From: Bilabrum cf. latius | Taxonomy: Eukaryota | Length of the DNA: 64,000 bases | Direction of reading: 5' to 3' | NCBI GenBank assembly: GCA_965178125.1 | Contig: OZ237768.1 | Coordinates: 682,001 to 746,000 of the forward strand | Part shown: piece by piece, positions 24,772-36,233 of the stretch | Layout: each line of letters opens with the position of its first letter | How positions within the stretch are numbered: position 1 is the stretch's first letter | The notes under the pieces: generated by a model | What the model was told of the DNA's origin: nothing | Databases searched by the model: none | Seen by the model: the letters and a program-made list of their open reading frames with translations, nothing else | Made by a program: the position numbers and the translations under genes

Positions 24772-26033
24772 ATGGCAGGTGTTTCAGGAGGATCCTACAA
24801 GCGTCGAGCTACCGTTATGGCGGCCCCTGTTAAGATTGAGGCTGGATGGAAGGCCCCCATTATCCCCAAGTCAGACGATGAGCGAAACGCGTGAGTCTTC
24901 AGGCAGCCACAGTTGCAGTTCATGTTTTGCATTTCGGCACTGCTATTCACAACTGCTTGTTTCGCGGATGATATGTGCATATTCAGCGAGGTCGTGATGA
25001 TTCTGCAGCTATCGCTGCCTTCTTGGGCTACAAGCCCCGTCCGTCCCTTGCTTGGATCCGAGTGTATACCAGCACCCGCCATAATTGGGTTTGGTCCTCT
25101 ACATCCACACGAATCGAATTTGTTTGGGGTGATTATGGCTCAGATTTCAGATCAGGTGACGCCTTCCGAGCATACAATACGAACGATTCACGTCGCAGGA
25201 TTGCCGAGGTTGCAAAGAGCTGCTTGCTATTCAAAGGCCTTGATGCGTCTTCATTAAGGACCGTAATTGATGCTATGGAGAAGAAAGAGTTCGCGGCGGG
25301 GGATAGAATCATCGAGCAAGGCGCAGTGGGCGACTACTTCTACATTGTGGTGGACGGCTCGGCCGAAATCGTTGTGGCTGGCAAAGGCAAGGTCATGGAT
25401 GCTGGCCCCGGGTCGAGTTTCGGGGAACTCGCTCTCATGTATGATGCCCCGCGCGCAGCAACTGTGCAGGCGACAGCCCCAGTGGTTGCTTGGGCCTTGG
25501 ACCGTATGACCTTCAAGAAGACGGTCATGGGCAGCGCCATGCTCCGGAGAAAGCGCCACGAGGATTTCCTCAAGAGCATAGAGATCCTGCAAGGCCTGGA
25601 CGAGTACCAGCGACTGACAGTGGCGGACGCGCTGCAGCCCCGCGATTTCGGCGAGGGCGAGGTGATCCTGCGAGAGGGCGACAAGGGGGACGACTTCTAC
25701 ATCGTGGAGGAGGGCGAGGTCAAGGTCACCAAGGAGGGGGTGGAGGGGGAGGTCAGCGAGCGACTGTCCACGGGGGCCTATTTCGGCGAGAGGGCGCTGC
25801 TGACCAACGACGCGAGGGCCGCCACGGTGACCTCGGTGACCCCGACCAGGTGCCAGGTGCTGGATCGCAGCACCTTCAAGCGGCTGCTGGGCCCACTCGA
25901 GGACATCATGAGGAGCCGCATGGAGACGTACGACAAGTTTAAGGGCATGGTGGCCGGCATCAAGCCCTCGGGTAAGAGCGACGAGATCGTCTACTCTGAC
26001 ACCGAGTCGGAGGGCGAGGGCGATGAGGAATGA
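24772..26033 (+). CDS. PRKAR: cAMP-dependent protein kinase regulatory subunit
   Basis: Exon 1 reads MAGVSGGSYKRRATV...PIIPKSDDERNA. Intron 24891-25198 (GTGAGT...CGCAG). Two cNMP-binding domains (SFGELALMYDAPRAATV; YFGERALLTNDARAATV). No internal TAG. Ends TGA. Confidence 0.93.
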
Positions 26034-26316
26034 ATGAACCGGGCTGTAGGCGACGCTTGCGTGGGCCCACGCGTTCGCACCTCGGGCACTGACGAGTTGT
26101 CGAGGTCTGTAGCCAGCGGTCAGAATTCATGCGTGCCATTGCATCGTGCAACTTGGTTTGCTGGACCATATTCAAGAGATTTCGATGATTTCGCGCACTG
26201 GTCAATGCCATTCGATTTCTACAACGCACAGAACCCCGCTCGATTGACAGCTTGAGCGGTGCCCCGATCCTCCTCATTGCACCCTCCTCATGCATCCCTC
26301 CCACTATCACTAGTTA

Positions 26317-27819
26317 TCACTGCGTGGACTTGACCATAGCCGCCTCTTCCTCGTCGTCGTCCTCCTCCTCCTCCTCCTGCTTGCTCGACGCCACCGCCGC
26401 CTGCAGCTCAACGCCCCCCGCTTTAGTTGAGGCAGCCGCCGCACCATCCGTTGCACCTGCCCTAGCTCCGTGCTGAGCGCAGATTGCGTCCAGCCGGTAC
26501 TGGGCCAGCGCCGCCACGGCCAGCAGCACGGCACATAGCATGAACACGGATTCCTGGGCCAGCGCGCGCACGTTGGACAGCACGAGCACGACCATCAGAT
26601 TGAGGCCCAGTCGACTGAGGTTGGCCACGGTGGAGCGCACTTCCTCGGGGACGTACTGGCTGCGAAGGGTGCCCTGCCCGGGGAAGTAGATTCCGCAGCA
26701 CACCTCGAAAGCGCTGAAAGCCACCAGCAGCATGGCTCGAGTGGGTAGCACGGCAGACATGGCCAGGGCACCACATGCTACTGCAAACGTCCACCTGAGC
26801 ATATCCTCCACACGCATAGAGCCGCTGAGCAGGCCGTAAAGCCGACTGCCGGCCATCACGCACACCATGAACCCAGCGAACACCACCCCGTGGGGGACAG
26901 CCTCGGGGTCCTGAGCCTGTGTCCCTCCTCCTGCCCTTGACTCTGCCCCTGCCAGGGCCTCTTGGTTGTTGAGGGCCTCTTGCGCAGCCTCCAGTGCTGG
27001 GGTCCACATGAACACGAAGAGGTACATGGCCGACTCGAAGCACGTCTGGGTCACGGCCAGCAGGGTCAGTCTCTCGCTTGAGGCCATCAGTGAAATGGCC
27101 TTGCTGAACGTCTGCAAGCCCATCCCGTCAGAACGCTGGTCGCCGTAGTTCTCCGGCCACCACATGAGCACCAGAGCGCCACCTGCTAGCAGAAGGGCGA
27201 GGGACGCGTCAAAGGGAGCCACAGGGCCGAACTCAGCCGCCAGCGGGGATGCGATGAGCCCAGCCAGGATAGCGACGATTCCAGAACCAAAGGTTTGCAG
27301 ACTGAATGTGCTGTTCATCCATTTCTCTGGGAAGGCGTGCCTCTGCGTGTGTTCCGACACCATCCACGCCTCGAATGCGCTCATCAGGATTGAGGTTGAA
27401 ATACCTCCCAAGATGCGACCAGCCAGCAGCCACCAAAAATTGTTGAAGTGCTTAGTGATGCAGCTGAAGCCGTACAACACGACAAAAATCAGGCAATTCG
27501 CGCGCCGACCGTAGCGATCGGCAAGTCCGCCAACAAACGTCCCGAAGACAGCAGAAGACCCGAAACCAGCAATGAAAAGAATCGCAATTGCCTGCATGTC
27601 AAACCCATAAGAATCATATAGTGCGTACACATACGGTCCTTGCATCCAGTCAGCCATGATCATGAGCATGTACACCAACAGGTAGCTGCGTTGAAAGGCC
27701 TTGAAATCGGCAGTGACCGTATTCGTTTCTGCTTGCTAGCTGTAGTACACCAATACACCGCAAAATGATGCCATGACCCCAAACCAAATTAGGTAAGGGG
27801 CAATCGACTGGGCGTCCAT
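26317..27819 (-). CDS. MFSD5: MFS molybdate-anion transporter (MFSD5/MOT2 family)
   Basis: FQRSYLLVYMLMIMADWMQGPYVYALY, LGGISTSILMSAFEAWMVSEH, FESAMYLFVFMWTPAL. ATG 27819 is reached through a TAG at 27736. Ends TGA. Confidence 0.9.
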
Positions 27820-28013
27820 GGTTACCTTTCTTTTCAGGGCAAGTATAGCACTTCGATTCATTTCGTTGCTTCCATCAGCGGCTTCACAACGCGGCTTCGT
27901 GAACGTTCTTCTACACAGATTAACACGCTACAATGCAACCAAGATCCACAACGAATGGCTAAATCTCATCCTTTTACATTAGTAGGACCTTTCGTTACCT
28001 AAAAGGAGGAATT

Positions 28014-28868
28014 ATGTCTAGTGTATTGGCCCAGGTTCCCCTTCGCGAGCTTCAGAAAGAGATCAAGCGCCGCCTGGAATGCATTCAGAAGCCTGAGCGT
28101 CGCCTTGTGCTCGTCGGTGAGTTGTCACCGTGCATTGAAGGTACCAACCGACTATGCCAGCTTAGCAAGAAATCATCTATTCTTGGTTCATTTCCATTTT
28201 TATTTTTTTGGCGTCATCCTCGGCTTGTAGGTCCCCCGGGCAGCGGCAAGGGCACCCAGTCCCCACGCATTGTTGATGAGTTCTGCGTCTGCCACCTAGC
28301 CACCGGCGACATTCTCCGTGCTGCCGTGTCTAAGGGTACACCTATGGGTAAGGCTGCCAAGTCTGCCATGGACTCTGGCAAGCTTGTCAGCGACGACATC
28401 GTGCTAGGTATCGTGGAGGAGAACCTCGACAGGGAAGACTGCCGGCGTGGCTTCGTTCTCGACGGCTTCCCGCGCACGGTCCCTCAGGCGCAGTCGCTTG
28501 ACAAGCTACTGTCAGCCCGCGGCAAGCAGATCGACGTGGTTGTGGAGATGAACGTGCCCGACGCCAAGCTTGAGGCTCGCATCACCGGTCGCCGAGTGCA
28601 CAAGGCCTCGGGCCGCTCGTACCACGTGTAGACCAACCCGCCCAAGGTGGAGGGCAAGGATGACATCACGGGGGACCCGCTCATCACCCGCAGCGACGAC
28701 ACACCCGAGAAGGCAAAGGTGCGCGTGGCGGCCTACCACGAGCAGACCGAGCCGGTGCTCGAGTACTACCGGCCCAGCGGCAAGGTGGCCACGGTCAACG
28801 CAGACCAGGGCATCGCGGAGGTCTGGAGCAGCCTGAGCAAGACCATCCAGGGCGCGGGCCGGCAGTGA
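28014..28868 (+). CDS. adk: Adenylate kinase (AK2-type, long LID)
   Basis: [14 protein letters not shown] across intron 28117-28230, [26 protein letters not shown][TAG][23 protein letters not shown]. The TAG at 28629 lies inside the LID domain. Ends TGA. Confidence 0.95.
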
Positions 28869-29018
28869 GTCGGTGTCTGAAGCGTGAGTCGCAGATGGTG
28901 CAAGACGTGCACAGTAATAGATTGCGCCAAAGTCGGGGCGGGCCTGCGCCCGCGCTCGGCACTGGCTCGGATGAAGGCTCGCAGTCACAACTCGTCCCAA
29001 TTCATCAATCTTTATGGT

Positions 29019-30394
29019 TCACTATCTACATCTATCGCGCGGCTGGCCTTCCCGCATCACCCATTTACCACCAATGCACTCGTCATGCGGGGCCTCGATG
29101 TTCAGGCAAGGGCTTGCTGCTCGCACCTGCTTGCTGGCCCTAGATCCATGCCCGTCCTCATGCCCAATCTAGTCGCCAGTCCCTGCGGCGGCCAATGCCC
29201 GCCCTATCCTGCCCAGTCGCCCAGACCCGACATTCCCTACCTCCGCCCTGCGCTCCCCAGCACGACCTGCTCCGCTGGCAAGCCTGCTAGACTCATCGCG
29301 GGCAGATTGGCACATCCCTTCTTCTCCTAGGTTTCTTGGTAATAATTGGTCCCGCTGACTCATGACTGCCCCTGCCCCTGCCCCTGTCCCTGCTCCTGCC
29401 CCTGCCCCTGCCCCTGCCCCTGCCCCTGCCCCTGCCCCTGCCCCTGCCCCTGCCCCTGCCTTGGCACCAGGCGGCACGCCCGACACTGGCCCCGATCGGC
29501 CCCCGTTCCCTCTCCCGGGGGCTAGCGACAGGGCACTGATCCGGCCCACGATCTCTGGTCTGGTTCGCTGCTCCTGCATGGCCCTATTTACGGCCCCACC
29601 CAGCACTGCCGCACTGGCCTGTGCCTCGGTCCCGCGTGGGCGTCGCCTGACGTGCACCTGCCCTGCCGGCATGGTACGAGCCGAGTGCCTGTTCGCCTTG
29701 TAGAGGGGGTCCCAGGGCGCCGGAGTTTCCCAACGCAGGGAAGTTGGGTTCCACCAAGCAACACTTTGCGACTTGGAACTTTGTCGCCCTTCCATTGGCT
29801 TCGAATCATGAGCTCGCGAGGCGGCTCCGGCGCTCTCACCCGTCCCATGGTTGCTCCTCGGCATGGTCCTAAGTGTGACAATGCTGACTCCCTGCAGTAG
29901 CGATAAGAAGTTGGTACAGACTAGTAGGAGAATCAGTCACTCCCACTCTGAGCTTGTCTTCACACGGGTCGGGAGGAGTTCAAGCTCACAATGATAATTG
30001 ACGCAGAGGCAAGGGCTATGCCTGCTGCACGCACCCTCCCAGAGGACTTTCCAAATATTGCATCGATTGATTGAGCTCTTCCTGTGGATCTCGAGTCTGC
30101 TCCGCCATACCTTTGAGCCCTCTACTTGAACTGACGTACCCGTGCAGCCATTGCGGTAGCATCATCTGCAAAACCTGCGGCATGCCCATATTTGCTGCCT
30201 GCAGTCCCCCCTGAACCATTGGAGCTTAATATGGTATCATATGCATCCTTGATTTCCGCAAACTTTTCTGCTGAATCTGGCGCATCGCACACGTCCGGGT
30301 GGTGCTTCTTAGCCAGTGCCAGAAATGCTTGCTTGACTTCCGATGCGCTAGCACTACGGCGGATACCGAGAGTTTTCCATGGACTAGAGCTCAT
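29019..30394 (-). CDS. DnaJ (J-domain) protein with a predicted transmembrane segment
   Basis: J-domain with HPD (KQAFLALAKKHHPDV...FAEIKDAYDTI). TAG at 30122. Predicted intron 29989-29892 (GTGAG...TGCAG) joins a hydrophobic segment (AAGIALASASIIIGVSIVTL) to the 29169-29864 ORF. Ends TAG-TGA. Confidence 0.7.
29367..29461 (-). repeat. (GCCCCT)n hexamer repeat encoding (Gly-Ala)n in the DnaJ gene
   Basis: About 15 tandem units, a few imperfect. Confidence 0.9.
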
Positions 30395-30587
30395 AATTAA
30401 CTCATATCAATTTGAAGATGCGTGCCAGTGGGCATGGAAACGCGACAAAGTGCTGATGGCTCCGGATTCCGGATTTGCTCGCCCAAGCTTTGGCAAAAAT
30501 TAAAATTAGTATTACTACTAGTAGCCAACACCCGACTTGAAAAATCTTGCCGCCAATAGCGACGTTAATCGTACATGTAAATTTGAC

Positions 30588-31592
30588 ATGGGCTAGGCAA
30601 GTTCATCAAAACGTGTAAAGAATCTGAAGAGATTAGCAACTACGCCCAGCGCTTCAGTAGCAGGATTCGTGAGACAATGGCCACTGCCTTACTTGGAAAA
30701 ACGGATAGCAAAGACGCGCGACTTACCCCCCAGGATTTCGGGGGTTGATGAAGATGACGAAATCCTCAGTACTTTTCGTGGAACTGGAGGAGAGGGCCGG
30801 AAGGCATCGGAGTGTCCGATTTGCTTCTAGGTTCGGCCCATTCGCTGCGCTGTGACATCATGCTGCTAGTCTGAGATATGCACTGAGTGTTTTCTCCAGG
30901 TAGTGGATCCCAGATCTCGAACGAACGCGTGAGCAGCTCGAATCGCCTGCACTCAGAACCTGGATAGCATCTCCGCAACAACATTCGAACCTAGCAGCAC
31001 CAATCGCAATTCGATTTTCCGCAGGTGTCCTTTTTGCACAAAGTCTGGAGTCATGGTTGCTCTTCATCCACCGTTATCAGATGCTGAGGCCGACGTAGCT
31101 ATCGCGTTCGACGCTGCTGTCACAGCGCGACGCCGGGGCGACTCCAGCAAGCCCTCTGCATCGCTTACAGCAGACTCAACGCTGGCTGACCTGGAGCGAG
31201 ATGGCGTCGTGGTGGCGACAGCAGACGACAGGCGTTTGGAAGAGGATCGTATTCGAGCCTCCCGCGACCAGTAGCGAGTGGATCGGGCTGACCGTGACCT
31301 GCAGGAGGCCATCGCGGCCTCCACCCGGGAGGCTGCGGCGGGTGAATCGGAAATACCCACAGCTGCAATGGGACGGTCCGATCCAGGGGCCGCCACAGGA
31401 GGGGCATCTACATCCGCACCGTCATCCGCATCAGCAGGGGAGGACGCGGATCTGCGGGAAGCAGTCGCCCAGTCGCTCAGGGATGACACTGCGCCAGGAG
31501 GACTCGGACGGGGCACCGAGGGAGGCTCTGATGGTGCGGAGGATGCCATGCTCCAGGCCGCGATTGAAGCATCCATGGCGAATCCATCATGA
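30588..31592 (+). CDS. Sip5/DA2(GW2)-like RING E3 ligase with N-myristoylation motif and three UIM-like motifs
   Basis: Only the C-terminal fragments appear in the ORF track. MG[TAG]ASS; ECPICF[TAG]VRPIRCAVTSCC[TAG]SEICTECFLQ...A|CPFC across intron 30929-31024. UIM-like DRDLQEAIAAS, DADLREAVAQS and DAMLQAAIEAS. Ends TGA. Confidence 0.8.
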
Positions 31593-31637
31593 CACTTACA
31601 GCGACGTGTTGCAAAAAGAGCTTACTATTAAAACATA

Positions 31638-34600
31638 TCAATACTCTACACTACTTTCTCGCATATCGCGCACACGAGACCGAGCCTGACGGCCACGGGC
31701 CATCGCCTGGATACGCACTGCCGCCCGCTCCTCGCCCCCATCGACACCCTCGCCCCCATCGCCACGCAGCCCGTCCCCGTGAGCACCGCGCATATCGCGC
31801 ACACGAGACCGAGCCTGACGGCCACGGGCCATCGCCTGGATACGCACTGCCGCCCGCTCCTCGCCCCCATCGACACCCTCGCCCCCATCGCCACGCAGCC
31901 CGTCCCCGTGAGCACCGCGCATATCGCGCACACGAGACCGAGCCTGACGGCCACGGGCCATCGCCTGGATACGCACTGCCGCCCGCTCCTCGCCCCCATC
32001 GACACCCTCGCCCCCATCGCCACGCAGCCCGTCCCCGTGAGCACCGCGCATATCGCGTACACGAGACCGAGCCTGACGGCCACGGGCCATCGCCTGGATG
32101 CGCACTGCCGCCCGCTCCTCGCCCCCATCGACACCCTCGCCCCCATCGCCACGCAGCCCGTCCCCGTGAGCACCGCGCATATCGCGCACACGAGACCGAG
32201 CCTGACGGCCACGGGCCATCGCCTGGATGCGCACTGCCGCCCGCTCCTCGCCCCCATCGACACCCTCGCCCCCATCGCCACGCAGCCCGTCCCCGTGAGC
32301 ACCGCGCATATCGCGCACACGAGACCGAGCCTGACGGCCACGGGCCATCGCCTGGATACGCACTGCCGCCCGCTCCTCGCCCCCATCGACACCCTCGCCC
32401 CCATCGCCACGCAGCCCGTCCCCGTGAGCACCGCGCATATCGCGTACACGAGACCGAGCCTGACGGCCACGGGCCATCGCCTGGATGCGCACTGCCGCCC
32501 GCTCCTCGCCCCCATCGACACCCTCGCCCCCATCGCCACGCAGCCCGTCCCCGTGAGCACCGCGCATATCGCGCACACGAGACCGAGCCTGACGGCCACG
32601 GGCCATCGCCTGGATACGCACTGCCGCCCGCTCCTCGCCCCCATCGACACCCTCGCCCCCATCGCCACGCAGCCCGTCCCCGTGAGCACCGCGCATATCG
32701 CGCACACGAGACCGAGCCTGACGGCCACGGGCCATCGCCTGGATACGCACTGCCGCCCGCTCCTCGCCCCCATCGACACCCTCGCCCCCATCGCCACGCA
32801 GCCCGTCCCCGTGAGCACCGCGCATATCGCGCACACGAGACCGAGCCTGACGGCCACGGGCCATCGCCTGGATACGCACTGCCGCCCGCTCCTCGCCCCC
32901 ATCGACACCCTCGCCCCCATCGCCACGCAGCCCGTCCCCGTGAGCACCGCGCATATCGCGCACACGAGACCGAGCCTGACGGCCACGGGCCATCGCCTGG
33001 ATGCGCACTGCCGCCCGCTCCTCGCCCCCATCGACACCCTCGCCCCCATCGCCACGCAGCCCGTCCCCGTGAGCACCGCGCATATCGCGCACACGAGACC
33101 GAGCCTGACGGCCACGGGCCATCGCCTGGATACGCACTGCCGCCCGCTCCTCGCCCCCATCGACACCCTCGCCCCCATCGCCACGCAGCCCGTCCCCGTG
33201 AGCACCGCGCATATCGAGCACACGAGACCGAGCCTGACGGCCACGGGCCATCGCCTGGATGCGCACTGCCGCCCGCTCCTCGCCCCCATCGACACCCTCG
33301 CCCCCATCGCCACGCAGCCCGTCCCCGTGAGCACCGCGCATATCGCGCACACGAGACCGAGCCTGACGGCCACGGGCCATCGCCTGGATACGCACTGCCG
33401 CCCGCTCCTCGCCCCCATCGACACCCTCGCCCCCATCGCCACGCAGCCCGTCCCCGTGAGCACCGCGCATATCGCGCACACGAGACCGAGCCTGACGGCC
33501 ACGGGCCATCGCCTGGATACGCACTGCCGCCCGCTCCTCGCCCCCATCGACACCCTCGCCCCCATCGACACGCAGCCCGTCCCCGTGAGCACCGCGCATA
33601 TCGCGCACACGAGACCGAGCCTGACGGCCACGGGCCATCGCCTGGATGCGCACTGCCGCCCGCTCCTCGCCCCCATCGACACCCTCGCCCCCATCGCCAC
33701 GCAGCCCGTCCCCGTGAGCACCGCGCATATCGCGCACACGAGACCGAGCCTGACGGCCACGGGCCATCGCCTGGATACGCACTGCCGCCCGCTCCTCGCC
33801 CCCATCGCCATCCGCACCAGCATCGCTAATAAATGTTTTGCCGTTGTTGATACCTTTGTTGGATACAGATTGCGGAGCTTCCATTGGATATGCCTTGTCC
33901 ATTGCCTTGCTGATTTCGGGCAGAGGCTATGCGCGGCTCGATTGACCCGAGTTGTTGCCTGGGCTCCAACCAGACTGCCGGCGGGCTTCGCGCGTTAGAT
34001 CTTGGGCTGGTGCTGTCGGTGCCATCATACTGGACTGACTGGCCTTAGATCGTTGGATGCTTCGAATTGCCTTGGAGACCTCTTTGCCGAGCGACTGAAG
34101 TCGAGACCGGGTGCTACTCCTCTCCTGCCAGGCCATGTCTAGCGCTGATTGCGTTGCGTCGCCCAGCCGCCGAATGGCCATTGTGCGGCTCTGTACCTCA
34201 AGTCGGACAGCAGCCTCGAGCCCCTTTACCCGCGCCCAGATCACGCGAGCATCACGCCGCCAGTTGGCCTCTGCGGCAGCCAGCAGACGCACCTCCAAGT
34301 CACCGCCAGGTCCAGCTGCACCCAGCACGCTCGACCGTAAAGCAGCCAACTGGCGGCGCACTGCATCCAGCCCCGCACCCCCTCCGTCGCTCACCCTCCG
34401 CGCCCTTACACCTGCCCCTCCAGCAGCATTGTTTGCCGCCAACTCCCCCTCTACCGCATCAAGCCGCCCATTGGTGCGAGACAGCAACTGTTTCAGCTGC
34501 TTGGCCATCTCCCTCGCCTTCTCGGCCTGCCTCTCCGCAGCCCCCCCTTCACTGATCTCCTCAAGCTGCGACTGCAGGGCCTGCACATCCTCCCGCCGTC

Positions 34601-36233
34601 TTCGCCTCTCGCGCTGCGCCAGAGACTCTGCCTGCCCCGCCCGTAGCAGCGCCTCCTCAGCCCGCGTCTCGCAGGCGTCCAGCATCTCGCGCAGCTCGGA
34701 CGTCTCCTGTTGCACCGTCTCTCGCAGCGCCTCAAACACGCCCCCGTCAATCCCAGGAGTCTGCGCCCCGCTTGGCCTGCCTCCCCGAAAGAAAGATCTC
34801 CTCCCCCCGCGAGACTTGCTGCTGGTGGACGCAGGCGTGTCTCCCCCGGCTCCCGCGCCTGCGTCCACTCGCAAACCACTGCCCCGCTCCCCTCCGTGCC
34901 CTCCCTCTCCCCTATCTGCCTCGCTGCCCCCCTCCTGCTAAAAGCTCACTCGGGATCTGCGCCCCCTCTGAGACCCTCGCGGTGGGGTGCGGGGGGGAGC
35001 CATGGAGTCCTCCTCTGTGTTGTCTGTGCCGGCCGATATGCCCCTGCCCTAGTACTGGTGTGACGAGGACGTATGCCCGCCAGCCAGCGCAGCCACCTTT
35101 TCGAGAGACAACAATCGCTCCCTAACCCGATGCAGCTCCTGCTCTGTCGCCCTCAACTGCTGCTGCACTCCGCTAGAGCTTTGCTCTCCGGCCCCCTTGC
35201 CCGCCGCATCCGCGCGCAACACAGCACGCTCCGCCTCCGCCCTAGCCTCAACTGCCTCCGCCCTTGCCTCCTAAGCCTGCAGCTCAGCTCTCCTGGCCAC
35301 TGCCAGACACGCCTTGTTCTCCTCCCGCAATGCTTGCGCCTCGGCCCCGCGGACGTCACTCTCCGCCTCGAGGGCACCCACGCGGCCCACCAAGTCGGCC
35401 ATAGCACTCGTCACGCTACGGGCGGCTTCAAATGCAGCTGCTGCCATCTCATTGGCCCGTCCAGCCGCTTCCTGCGCCGCCCTCCCCTCGGCACCCGCGG
35501 CCTGCACGCCCCCCGCCCAGCGACCCTCCGCGTCCCTCGCGGCCCCTACAGCGCGCTCGGCCGCAGCCAGCGCTGCTCCAGCCGCCTCTCGCGCGCGTCT
35601 GTCTACTGGATCTGGTGTCATCGATTTCGCAGGTGGATGGGCCTTCTGACGCTTATCCACCTGTTCGGCTGCAAGGGATGCCCGCTTCGCGGATCGCTCG
35701 GCTTGCAGTGAGAAGTGCTTTGCCTATGCCGCTGCATCAAGTGCTTCCCTAATGCCAGAAGAAAGTGTCTATCTAAACGAATGATGCTCCTACGTACCGC
35801 CGGCTAGTCTCGTGTCTGGCAGCGATGGGGGCTTCAGAGTGGCATCTCCAGCCCCAGGCTCCCCAATGGCACGCACCTGGGACGCCTACACGTGTGCAGC
35901 CTCAAGCCGGGCCAACAAGGACTCTGCTTTAGTAGTTGCATTTCTCAGTGCAAGCTGCACACGACCTGCTGGCTCTGCTGACATAGCAGGTTCATCGCTT
36001 GATTTCTATTCTGCTGCTCGCTGTCGCGCCTTTCCAGGAGTAGGTTCATCGTCATCCGACGCAAATGGGGGCTCCCGTGCGTAAAGTGGATCTTTTGAAC
36101 GAGTATGCCCACGGAAACGCCTTCGCCCCGCCCCGCGGGGGTAGTCCAACACAGCATGTGGTTTCGGCAGCTCATGTTCTTGCTCCCACCCCGAGACTAA
36201 CTAATGGATTCTGTACGCCTCATTTGCAGCCAT
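31638..36233 (-). CDS. Large coiled-coil protein with 18 C-terminal IQ calmodulin-binding repeats, about 1530 aa
   Basis: ORFs 35271-35660, 33927-34874 and 31638-33902 share a frame that is open from ATG 36233 except for about 10 TAGs. The repeat unit contains AAVRIQAMARGRQAR (IQxxxRGxxxR). Ends TGA. The start is uncertain. Confidence 0.75.
31660..33808 (-). repeat. Tandem array of about 18 near-identical 120-bp units (40 aa, one IQ motif each)
   Basis: Exact 120-bp periodicity. I could see only four variable positions across the units. Confidence 0.97.

Noticed and set aside
28002-28013. AAAGGAGGA Shine-Dalgarno-like sequence before adenylate kinase
   Set aside because: The gene has a spliceosomal intron in a clearly eukaryotic context, so this is probably coincidental.
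31660-33808. CRISPR array, or functional overlapping ORFs on several frames of the 120-bp repeat
   Set aside because: There are no unique spacers. The other long ORFs are by-products of a stop-free unit whose length is divisible by three, and the recurrent variants are synonymous in the IQ frame.
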